From the IMG/VR virus record IMGVR_UViG_3300047560_001714, positions 1-64,000 of that record: 64,000 nucleotides of DNA; one strand, 5' to 3'. Positions 45,511 to 53,920 of the stretch are shown here, piece by piece. Position 1 is the stretch's first letter. Each line of letters starts with the position of its first letter. The translations under genes were made by a program, and so were the position numbers. The notes under the pieces are model-generated. The model did no database searches, was not told the DNA's origin, and saw only the letters and a program-made list of their open reading frames with translations. The DNA is from a virus.

Positions 45511-45914
45511 ACATAGAACAGATTATAGAACATTGCAGAAACCATGGTTATATGTCTGGGGTTGATCGTGAAGCAAGTCGTATCAGAGAAACCGCTGAGG
45601 TATTTACACCATACTTTTTAGTTAGTGAGATGTTAGATACCTTACCACAAGAACTGTTTAGTGATGCCAGTAAAACATTTATTGACAATTCGTGTGGGGA
45701 TGGGCAGTTTTTATCCGAAGTATTGATACGCAAAGTTTCAAATGGTATTGATTTTGAAACCGCATTATCGTCAATTTATGGGGTGGATTTAATGCCAGAT
45801 AATATTGAATTATGCCGAAACCGATTACTTTGCGGTCAAGAACATCTCAGACATATCGTTGAAAAAAATATAGTATGTCATGATGCATTGACATATGACT
45901 ATTCATTTAACTAA
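45507..45914 (+). CDS. Small N6-adenine methyltransferase-like subunit (SAM-binding motif I only)
   Basis: EVFTP..LVSEMLD, FIDNSCGDGQFL and IYGVDL; no NPPY; ATGA-coupled to the upstream gene. Confidence 0.75.
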   Translation: MNIEQIIEHCRNHGYMSGVDREASRIRETAEVFTPYFLVSEMLDTLPQELFSDASKTFIDNSCGDGQFLSEVLIRKVSNGIDFETALSSIYGVDLMPDNIELCRNRLLCGQEHLRHIVEKNIVCHDALTYDYSFN

Positions 45915-45957
45915 GATAAATAATGATGGATTTAGAAATAAATCCATCAAATATTTC

Positions 45958-45986
45958 TTGACAAAATTTATTAATTATTTTATAAT
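45958..45986 (+). promoter_or_regulatory. sigma70-type promoter of the dnaK operon
   Basis: TTGACA-N17-TATAAT; late TAAATA just downstream (about 45992-45997). Confidence 0.85.
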
Positions 45987-46069
45987 AATGATAAATAAAA
46001 TTAGTAAACGCCGATTGGGTTTACAAAACTGGCATAGTGCCAAACAACTCGCTTAATAGGAGAATTACA

Positions 46070-47980
46070 ATGAGTAAAATTATAGGTATTGACTTAGGTA
46101 CAACAAATTCGTGTGTTGCCATTTTAGAAAATGGTGTTTCAAAAGTTATTGAAAATTCTGAAGGCACGAGAACAACCCCCTCAATCATTGCATATACTGA
46201 CAATGAAATCTTAGTTGGTGCTGCGGCGAAACGCCAAGCAGTTACTAACCCAAAAAATACAATTTATGCTGCAAAACGCTTAATTGGACGTAAGTTCGAA
46301 GAAGATGCAGTTCAAAAAGACATCTCACTTATGCCATATGCAATCGTCAAAGCCGACAACGGTGACGCTTGGATTGAAGCAAATGGTGAAAAACTTGCAC
46401 CCCCACAAATTTCCGCTGAAGTACTTCGTAAAATGAAAAAAACCGCTGAGGATTATCTTGGCACCGAGGTCACTCAAGCTGTTATTACTGTTCCTGCTTA
46501 CTTTAACGATTCACAACGCCAAGCAACAAAAGATGCTGGTCGTATCGCTGGATTAGAAGTATTACGTATTATCAATGAACCAACTGCGGCGGCATTGGCC
46601 TATGGTGTTGACAAAACTGATAATAAAGATCGTAAGATTGCGGTTTACGATTTGGGTGGTGGTACATTTGACATCTCAATCATTGAAATCGCTAACATCG
46701 ATGGTGAAAAACAAATCGAGGTATTATCAACAAACGGTGATACTTTCTTAGGTGGTGAGGATTTTGATCAAAGACTAATGGATTATTTGGTCGATGAATT
46801 CAAAAAAGACACCGCTGTCGATTTAAAAAATGATACGATGGCATTGCAACGATTAAAAGAGGCTGCTGAAAAAGCAAAAATCGAATTATCGTCATCAGAA
46901 CAAACTGATGTAAATTTACCATACATCACAGCAGATGCATCTGGTCCAAAACATCTAAACGTCAAAATCACTCGTGCTAAATTCGAAGCACTGGTTGAAG
47001 ATTTGATCGAACGTAGTATTACACCATGTAAAATCGCTATCAAAGATGCTAAAGTTAGTTTAAGTGATATCGATGAAGTTATTTTAGTCGGTGGTCAAAC
47101 TCGTATGCCAAAAGTACAAGCGGCGGTTGAAGCGTTGTTTGGAAAATCCCCACGTAAAGATGTTAATCCAGATGAAGCTGTCGCGGCTGGTGCAGCTGTA
47201 CAAGGTGCGGTATTAGCTGGCGATAAAACAGACGTGTTATTGTTAGACGTAACACCATTAAGTTTGGGTATTGAAACAATGGGCGGTGTATTCACCAAAT
47301 TGATTCAAAAAAATACCACTATCCCAACTAAAGCAAGTCAAACCTTCTCGACAGCCGATGATAATCAACCAGCGGTAACTATCAAAGTTGCGCAAGGTGA
47401 ACGTGAGTTATATCAATATAACAAACAGCTCGGTGAATTCAACCTTGACGGTATCAACCCAGCACCCCGTGGTGTACCACAAATTGAGGTAACGTTCGAT
47501 ATCGATGCAAATGGTATTATGCACATTTCAGCATCCGATAAAGCAACTGGAAAGAAAAACCATATTACTATTAAATCAGATTCTGGCTTATCAGAGGACG
47601 AAATTACACGTATGGTTAGAGATGCTGAGGAAAACGCGGAGGCTGATAAAAAAGCTAAAGAATTGATTGAAGCTCGCAACCAAACAGAAGCACAACTTCA
47701 TAGTATTCAAAAAGATTACAATGAAGTTAAAGATGAACTATCTGATGATGAAAAAGCGGCGATTGATGAAGCTATCACCAACGTGAATACTGCGGTAACT
47801 AGCGATGATATTGAGAAAATGAAAGAGTCAACATCAAAGCTAATGGAATCAGCAACCCCAGTTTTTGCTAAAAAGCAAGAAAAAGCCTCAGCACAAGAGC
47901 CAACATCATCCGATGAGGTTCCTATCCAAGCTGAGTTTACTGAGGTTGAAACCCCAAATTCTACTGAAGATAAAAAATAA
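46070..47980 (+). CDS. dnaK: Chaperone DnaK (Hsp70)
   Basis: [28 protein letters not shown] and [14 protein letters not shown]; start MSKIIG at 46070 after AGGAG. Confidence 0.97.
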   Translation: MSKIIGIDLGTTNSCVAILENGVSKVIENSEGTRTTPSIIAYTDNEILVGAAAKRQAVTNPKNTIYAAKRLIGRKFEEDAVQKDISLMPYAIVKADNGDAWIEANGEKLAPPQISAEVLRKMKKTAEDYLGTEVTQAVITVPAYFNDSQRQATKDAGRIAGLEVLRIINEPTAAALAYGVDKTDNKDRKIAVYDLGGGTFDISIIEIANIDGEKQIEVLSTNGDTFLGGEDFDQRLMDYLVDEFKKDTAVDLKNDTMALQRLKEAAEKAKIELSSSEQTDVNLPYITADASGPKHLNVKITRAKFEALVEDLIERSITPCKIAIKDAKVSLSDIDEVILVGGQTRMPKVQAAVEALFGKSPRKDVNPDEAVAAGAAVQGAVLAGDKTDVLLLDVTPLSLGIETMGGVFTKLIQKNTTIPTKASQTFSTADDNQPAVTIKVAQGERELYQYNKQLGEFNLDGINPAPRGVPQIEVTFDIDANGIMHISASDKATGKKNHITIKSDSGLSEDEITRMVRDAEENAEADKKAKELIEARNQTEAQLHSIQKDYNEVKDELSDDEKAAIDEAITNVNTAVTSDDIEKMKESTSKLMESATPVFAKKQEKASAQEPTSSDEVPIQAEFTEVETPNSTEDKK

Positions 47981-48045
47981 TACCAAGTGTAATATTGCCC
48001 CTAGAATGGGTATTCTAGGGGTTCTCTTGTAAAGGATTTTTAGTT

Positions 48046-48474
48046 ATGACTCCAACAGTAAAGGTAATCGATACCGCAACATTAGCACAATTAAGCAGAG
48101 CACTTATCGGATTTGACCGTATATTTAATAATATAGAATCAAGAAACTCATCGAGTAATTATCCACCATATAACATTCTTAAATATGATGAAAACAACTA
48201 CGAAATTGAAATCGCGGTTGCCGGATATGATAGAGATGAAATCGAGGTATTAGTCGATCAAGATCAATTAATAATTCGTGGTGACCGTCGTAAAGATGAA
48301 GACCCATCATTGTATATTCATCGTGGATTGGCATCACGCGCATTTGAAAAGTCATTTACACTTCCACAATATATGGAAGTCGTAAATGTAGGGTTGACGA
48401 ATGGAATTTTATATGTTAAACTGCTCCTCGAAGTTCCAGAAACGCTTAAACCGCGTATTTTAAAAATACAATAA
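48046..48474 (+). CDS. Small heat-shock protein Hsp20 (IbpA-like)
   Basis: NYPPYNI, IEIAVAG, YIHRGLASRAF..SFTL and NGILYV motifs. Confidence 0.92.
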   Translation: MTPTVKVIDTATLAQLSRALIGFDRIFNNIESRNSSSNYPPYNILKYDENNYEIEIAVAGYDRDEIEVLVDQDQLIIRGDRRKDEDPSLYIHRGLASRAFEKSFTLPQYMEVVNVGLTNGILYVKLLLEVPETLKPRILKIQ

Positions 48475-48484
48475 TTTTTTCAAC

Positions 48485-48510
48485 TGAGGGGGATTTCCCC
48501 CTCACCTTTT
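48485..48510 (+). terminator. Hairpin/terminator after hsp20
   Basis: TGAGGGG-gattt-CCCCTCA followed by CCTTTT. Confidence 0.6.
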
Positions 48511-48525
48511 ATGGGGATACACATT

Positions 48526-48828
48526 ATGTCTACTGACATCGCAGTTAAAGAACGCACACGAATTAAAATCTCAGAACCTAAAAAATGGAGTGTAATCATT
48601 TTAAATGATGACCACACCTCATTTGAATTTGTTATTTCCATGTTAATTCAAGTTTTCAACCATTCTATCGATTCGGCAAATGAAGTAACAAAATCAGTAC
48701 ACGAACAAGGCGCTGGTGTAGCTGGGGTTTATGATTTTGAAATTGCGGAGGTTAAAGCCGTTGAAGCAACTAAAATGGCACGTGAAAATGGGTTTCCATT
48801 GCAAATTAAAATCGAAAGCGAGGGTTAA
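48526..48828 (+). CDS. clpS: ATP-dependent Clp protease adaptor ClpS
   Basis: PKKWSVIILNDDHTSFEFVISML, VHEQGAGVAG and ARENGFPLQI. Confidence 0.92.
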   Translation: MSTDIAVKERTRIKISEPKKWSVIILNDDHTSFEFVISMLIQVFNHSIDSANEVTKSVHEQGAGVAGVYDFEIAEVKAVEATKMARENGFPLQIKIESEG

Positions 48829-49362
48829 ATGAGTTTAAAAGAAATCACAAAAGAATTGCACACAGAAGCCGAGAAATCGGCTTTTGCTAAACTATTGTTA
48901 AGTGGTAATATTACCAAAGAAAAGTATGTGCAATACTTAACAGAAATGCAACCAATTTATCAGTTGATTGAAAAACACGCATCCGCACAAGGGATATTAG
49001 ACACCTTGCCTGGTATTAAACGTGCTAATGCTATTTTAGAAGATATCAGAGAGCTGTCAGATGTTGTACCATCCTCTGTGTTAAAACCAACCGTTGATTA
49101 TCTTATATACTTAGATAAATTATGTGAGGACGTGGCGACTAAACACCTAATTAAAGCTCATCTATATGTCAGACATATGGGCGACTTATTTGGTGGTCAA
49201 TTCATTGCAAAAAAAGTTCCGGGTTCTGGTAAGTTTTACCAATTTGATAACCCAGATGAACTGAAAGTTGCCATTAGAGAGTTGCTCACAGATGATCTAG
49301 GGGATGAAGCGAAAGTTGCATTCCAATGGGCAATAAAAATTATGGATGCGCTCGGTGAGTAA
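48829..49362 (+). CDS. Heme oxygenase (biliverdin-producing, HemO/Ho1-like)
   Basis: LKEITKELHTEAE (proximal His) and AHLYVRHMGDLFGGQ distal-helix motif. Confidence 0.9.
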   Translation: MSLKEITKELHTEAEKSAFAKLLLSGNITKEKYVQYLTEMQPIYQLIEKHASAQGILDTLPGIKRANAILEDIRELSDVVPSSVLKPTVDYLIYLDKLCEDVATKHLIKAHLYVRHMGDLFGGQFIAKKVPGSGKFYQFDNPDELKVAIRELLTDDLGDEAKVAFQWAIKIMDALGE

Positions 49363-50032
49363 CGTTTGGGATACCTTAGTATCAATTCAAATACATTTTG
49401 AAAAAATGATTGGTACTAACGGTATAGAAATCAACGAAAAAGGCATGGATAGATTCAACCAACCTGGTTGGATTAACCGTGTCTGGACCAGTGAAGCATT
49501 TCGTAGAGCGCACATTGATGTTGTGGATGCTAGAGAGAGTAAAGGGTTGTGGATGATGCATTGTTGTATTTTTCCACACACTCATAATGCGGCACCAATA
49601 TTTGGGTTTGACGTTGTTGCAGGTCGAAATAAAATCACTGGCTGTTTTTATGATTTTAGCCCATCTGGTTCATCAAATCACGAAATGGCGGAATGGTTTG
49701 ATGAAAGTGTTAAAGATCTTGAGTGGAAAAAGACACGCGAATTACCACCTTGGGCTGAACGTATTTTTAGTCATAATATGATTGCGGCAAGTAATGTTCA
49801 ATCAGATGATGAATTAAAACAGATCCACGAAATGGCAACATCTGGTATTGATTTCTATCTACAACAAGTTGGTACGTATAACAATACCACAAAAGATGTT
49901 ACCGCGTTGCATAACTTTTATGCACAGAACCAAAAACAAAATCCACATACCCCAAAAGTTATGGCAGCACTTGGGTTAGATGAGGATGATGTTAAGGTGT
50001 TCATCAATGACTGTCTGTTCCCAGAACTCTAA
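49355..50032 (+). CDS. Ferredoxin-dependent bilin reductase (PcyA/PcyX family)
   Basis: FRRAHIDVVD, LWMMHCCIFP, PIFGFDVVAG, RELPPWA..IFS and QKQNPHT motifs; directly after heme oxygenase; start GTG 49355 or ATG 49346. Confidence 0.85.
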   Translation: MSNVWDTLVSIQIHFEKMIGTNGIEINEKGMDRFNQPGWINRVWTSEAFRRAHIDVVDARESKGLWMMHCCIFPHTHNAAPIFGFDVVAGRNKITGCFYDFSPSGSSNHEMAEWFDESVKDLEWKKTRELPPWAERIFSHNMIAASNVQSDDELKQIHEMATSGIDFYLQQVGTYNNTTKDVTALHNFYAQNQKQNPHTPKVMAALGLDEDDVKVFINDCLFPEL

Positions 50033-50054
50033 TTAACTACTAGTTTTATTATAT

Positions 50055-50088
50055 AAAGCTCCTTCTTAAATAATTAAGAAGGAGCTTT
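50055..50088 (+). promoter_or_regulatory. 15-bp perfect hairpin with late promoter TAAATA at its apex and the csgF Shine-Dalgarno in its 3' arm
   Basis: AAAGCTCCTTCTTAA-ATAA-TTAAGAAGGAGCTTT, then T-run and ATG 50093. Confidence 0.8.
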
Positions 50089-50092
50089 TTTT

Positions 50093-50572
50093 ATGACTAA
50101 AATTATAGGTTTATTACTTATACTTGTTTGTTCGCAAGCACTATCCGCCGAATTGGTACATCAATTTAATAGTCCATCATTTAGTGGTATTGGTTACAGT
50201 GCGCACGTACTTACTATAAACCAATTAGAAAATCAAGCGGCAGATAAAAATAAAGCATTAGCTGATTCTATAAAAGCAAAGGCGGAGGCGGCAGCATTGA
50301 ATACCCCCGAAGCTAAATTCTTGGCTAACTTAGAATCTAGAATATACTCACAACTCGCAAAACAATTAACTGATACTATGTTTAGCGAGGGAAATACTTG
50401 TAATATCCCAGGAACAGTTTGTGGCTCAATACCAGATTTGGGCGGAAACCATGTTACATGGAGTTTGGGCGCAGGGACTGATCAAGGAATGATAATCATT
50501 GATATTGTCAATAACTCTAACCCAGCGCAAACAACGTCGATGAAGGTACCATCCGGTTCATTTTACTTTTAA
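50093..50572 (+). CDS. csgF: Curli assembly protein CsgF-like
   Basis: Signal peptide; AELVHQFNSPSFSGIG and FLANLESRIYSQLAKQL. Confidence 0.8.
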   Translation: MTKIIGLLLILVCSQALSAELVHQFNSPSFSGIGYSAHVLTINQLENQAADKNKALADSIKAKAEAAALNTPEAKFLANLESRIYSQLAKQLTDTMFSEGNTCNIPGTVCGSIPDLGGNHVTWSLGAGTDQGMIIIDIVNNSNPAQTTSMKVPSGSFYF

Positions 50573-50574
50573 CT

Positions 50575-51405
50575 ATGAAAAAAATTATACTATTATTCGT
50601 TATATTAATATTACAAGGGTGTGCAACAACAAGTGAATTGCATAAATTAATTACTGGCGATCAATTCGATGATCCAGTGATTGAAAAGCAATCTTATCTT
50701 ATCAAAGACGAAAGTTGGATTGCACCACCAACAAATGGGGCAATTCCAATTGCAGTGTATGGGTTTGTGGATAAAACTGGGCAACGTAAAGCTGTCCCTA
50801 ATATCGCATCCTTAAGTTCGGCTGTTACACAAGGTGCAGAAAGTTATTTGATTAAGTCGTTACAAGACGTGGGTGAATCAAAATGGTTCACTGTGGTTGA
50901 ACGAGTTGGTCTGGATAATTTAATTAAAGAACGACAAATGATTCGTCAGACTAGAGAACAATTCCAAGGCCGTGATGCACAACAATTACCAGCAATGACA
51001 TTTGCGGGAATAATTGCCGAAGGTGCTATCGTCGGTTATGATTCTAACACAACCACTGGTGGTGCTGGCGTCAGATTATTTGGAATCGGTGGTGAAACTC
51101 AGTATCAAAGCGACACAGTCACTGTTAGTTTAAGAACAGTATCAGTTACGTCTGGTGAAATATTAACATCAGTGTTAGTAACAAAAACAGTATTGAGTTA
51201 CGTGGATAAAGCTGGTGTATTAAAATTTGCTGCATCAGGTACATCAGCAATAGAGGCCGAGGTCGGTGGAAGTATAAATGAAAGTATAAACAGAGCAACC
51301 AATAAAGCGATCCAAGCTGCAGTACTCGATACAATTAAAGAAGGGGCGCGTAAAGGTCACTGGGCAATTCAATCTGTTCCAAATCCTTACGTATTAAACC
51401 ATTAA
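50575..51405 (+). CDS. csgG: Curli secretion channel CsgG/HfaB-like lipoprotein
   Basis: Lipobox LQGC; IAVYGFVDKTGQRK, SSAVTQGA, WFTVVERVGLDNLIKERQMIR and GAIVGYDSN. Confidence 0.9.
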   Translation: MKKIILLFVILILQGCATTSELHKLITGDQFDDPVIEKQSYLIKDESWIAPPTNGAIPIAVYGFVDKTGQRKAVPNIASLSSAVTQGAESYLIKSLQDVGESKWFTVVERVGLDNLIKERQMIRQTREQFQGRDAQQLPAMTFAGIIAEGAIVGYDSNTTTGGAGVRLFGIGGETQYQSDTVTVSLRTVSVTSGEILTSVLVTKTVLSYVDKAGVLKFAASGTSAIEAEVGGSINESINRATNKAIQAAVLDTIKEGARKGHWAIQSVPNPYVLNH

Positions 51406-51441
51406 GGAGCATTGGCAAATAATATTGTTCAATGATAATAA

Positions 51442-52221
51442 ATGAAAACATTAACATTATTTCTACTTTCGATTTTATTTTTTTCTAACGCGTATGGCGC
51501 GGCAGCTGGTGAAAATAAAGTATATATAGAGCAAGCTGGTAACACCAATACCATTACAATAGACCAAATAGGTGGTGGTAATATGGTCGGAGGTACAACC
51601 TCAACAACAATAGCCGTGAATGGCGCAGGGGTGACAACTATCACACCTGCTAGTCCTAGTTCATCTAACTACGCGTTGATAACTGGGAATACAAATAGTT
51701 TAACATTAAACCACTTAGGTGATACTAACTGGGCTCAATATGTCATTACTGGGAGTAATAATATCTACTCTAATAAAATTACTGGGAATAGTAATATATC
51801 AATTCTAACAATCGGAAAAGTATTACCAACTCCTATGGCAAATCTTAGAAATAATATAAATGAAGAAATAATTGGTAATACTAATTATACAATCCAATCT
51901 ATTTCCAATGATGATATTATTAGTAACTTAAAAATAACCGGCGATCAAAACCAAGTTACCACAGACTTAGGTTCTAGTTTTGGAAAAGTAAATACAGTTA
52001 TCACAGGCGGAAATAATATTCTATTCAATACTCAAGCTGGTGTTGCTACTGGTCATGATCTTACTCAAGATATTCTAGGCAGTTTTAACTCAATATCAAC
52101 TCAACAGTTGGGTGTAAATGATTCCATAATAGATATTAAAGTTAATGGCGATCATAATACGATTACAGTTCATTCAAGTGATAGCACTATTGCGTCACCA
52201 TTAATTGCAACACCACGATAA
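51442..52221 (+). CDS. Curlin-like repeat secreted protein
   Basis: Signal peptide; VYIEQAGNTNTITIDQIG and repeated x-x-G-x-x-N strands; N/T/G/I-rich. Confidence 0.7.
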   Translation: MKTLTLFLLSILFFSNAYGAAAGENKVYIEQAGNTNTITIDQIGGGNMVGGTTSTTIAVNGAGVTTITPASPSSSNYALITGNTNSLTLNHLGDTNWAQYVITGSNNIYSNKITGNSNISILTIGKVLPTPMANLRNNINEEIIGNTNYTIQSISNDDIISNLKITGDQNQVTTDLGSSFGKVNTVITGGNNILFNTQAGVATGHDLTQDILGSFNSISTQQLGVNDSIIDIKVNGDHNTITVHSSDSTIASPLIATPR

Positions 52222-53306
52222 TGTACATTATAGCCTTATTATTTTTGTTTATTTCTAATTCATACGCTGGTATTGGTACCGTTGTTGATGCAACTGGTAC
52301 CAATTGCACAATAGAGCGTAGTTCTAAAAAAATCTCTGGTGAAAAAGGGGCGATAGTTGAAAGTATGGATACCTATATTACTGGTAGTTGTGTAAGTAAT
52401 ATAACTTTTGACGATGGTACCAAAGTTAAAGTAAACGAAAATAGTAAGCTATTCATAGATGAATTTGTTTACGATCCAAAACAATCAGATGCAGGTAAAC
52501 TAGCTATCAAAGTCGGAATGGGTACTGTTCGTTATGCATCTGGTCAAATAGCTAAAAACAATCCACAAAAAGTTGATATAAAAACACCGACGGCAGCAGT
52601 TGCAGTGCGTGGTACTGACTTTACTATGACTGTCGATGAGATTGGTCAAAGCTTAGTGGTACTTGTTCCAAGTTGTAAAGATGAAAAAGATGTAAAAAAG
52701 TATGAACTACAAGAAAACACTTGCCAAGTTGGTAGAATAATAGTTTCAAATGGTATGGGTTCTGTTGAACTATCCGAGGCATACCAAGCTACTTTTGTTA
52801 ACAGCAATGTGGTGCAACCAACACCACCAGTTGTAATCAATATGACTGAGGGGCAAATTGGGAATAATCTTATCATATTGAAACCAGCGGAAATTCAAAA
52901 AGCGGTTAAAGAAAATACCAGAACCCAAAAAGACTCCGAGAATGATGCAGCTGAGGATGAAACCGCCAGACGCTCAACTAGTATGGCACTGAAATCCGCC
53001 GAACTAAATGATGCAAAAATATCCTCATCTAAAAAACTACAAATTGATAAATCTTGTAACCCATCCTCATCAGTATGTGTGGCTTGGGAAAATAAAGATG
53101 CCGAGGGGCAAGCAAAAGGAATTGGGGTAGCGTATAGATTCCAACCGGATGAACATTATACTGAAATAAAGACACAAGGTTATACCTCTAATACCTCAAT
53201 ATCAATAACACAAAACGATGAATTCGCATCGACCGTCATAGGGGATGGTGCCGCCGGTGGAAACATCATTACTATCAAACAACAAAATGGAGTGTTAAAT
53301 AAATGA
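52221..53306 (+). CDS. FecR-domain secreted protein
   Basis: ITFDDGTKVKVNENSKLFIDEFVYDP, GTVRYASG and IKTPTAAVAVRGTDF motifs. Confidence 0.85.
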   Translation: MYIIALLFLFISNSYAGIGTVVDATGTNCTIERSSKKISGEKGAIVESMDTYITGSCVSNITFDDGTKVKVNENSKLFIDEFVYDPKQSDAGKLAIKVGMGTVRYASGQIAKNNPQKVDIKTPTAAVAVRGTDFTMTVDEIGQSLVVLVPSCKDEKDVKKYELQENTCQVGRIIVSNGMGSVELSEAYQATFVNSNVVQPTPPVVINMTEGQIGNNLIILKPAEIQKAVKENTRTQKDSENDAAEDETARRSTSMALKSAELNDAKISSSKKLQIDKSCNPSSSVCVAWENKDAEGQAKGIGVAYRFQPDEHYTEIKTQGYTSNTSISITQNDEFASTVIGDGAAGGNIITIKQQNGVLNK

Positions 53307-53764
53307 GACATTTGTTACTTTTTCTTTTATGCTCTATATGTTACGCTGATAATTTAACATCAGTTAACCAAATTGGTAATAGCAACGATATTGAAATTAA
53401 CCAAATAGGTGATGTAAATAATATATCGTATTCTGGTAATGGTTCCTTTAATACCGTCAATGTTGAACAAATCGGTAATCAAAAAACTGCAAACTTAACT
53501 GTTATTAATAATAACAATATCATAGACGTATCACAAAGTGGTACTGGGATTGATTCGGCAACAATAGCGGTTAGTGGTGGACTTAAAAATATATCAGTAA
53601 CACAAGAAGGTTCCGGGTCACATTCAGCAACCATAAACTTATCTGGAACACCTATTACATTTGATCTAACTCAATCTGGAGTTAATAATCAAACATTTTC
53701 AATCACGGCAAATTGTGCCCTAGTGGGCGGTTGCGCCGCAGTTCAAGTCATTCAAAATCAATAA
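53303..53764 (+). CDS. Curlin-like (CsgA/CsgB-type) repeat protein
   Basis: Signal peptide; repeats NQIGNSN / NQIGDVN / EQIGNQK / SQSGTG / TQEGSGS / TQSGVN. Confidence 0.75.
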   Translation: MRHLLLFLLCSICYADNLTSVNQIGNSNDIEINQIGDVNNISYSGNGSFNTVNVEQIGNQKTANLTVINNNNIIDVSQSGTGIDSATIAVSGGLKNISVTQEGSGSHSATINLSGTPITFDLTQSGVNNQTFSITANCALVGGCAAVQVIQNQ

Positions 53765-53802
53765 TCGATAAATACAATAGCTAGTTCAGCAAGGAGGCAG
53801 CT

Positions 53803-53877
53803 ATGAAGTGGACCACACCAACATTCGTTGATATTCGATTAGGGTTTGAAGTAACACTGTATATCTATAACCGCTAA
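53803..53877 (+). CDS. pqqA: Pyrroloquinoline quinone precursor peptide PqqA (24 aa; not in ORF track)
   Basis: Hand translation MKWTTPTFVDIRLGFEVTLYIYNR carries the W.TP...D.R.GFEVT.Y..NR family pattern with the ExxxY core; AGGAGG RBS; TAAATA 53769-53774; hairpin 53884-53903 downstream. Confidence 0.93.
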   Translation: MKWTTPTFVDIRLGFEVTLYIYNR

Positions 53878-53920
53878 TCTTTTGTGCTGGATGTTTCTAG
53901 CACCAATAATAAGGATAGCA

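Noticed and set aside
51405-51441. 7-codon uORF (TTG GCA AAT...TGA) after AAGGAG between csgG and the curlin-like gene
   Set aside because: Too short to support; could be a remnant, with no independent evidence
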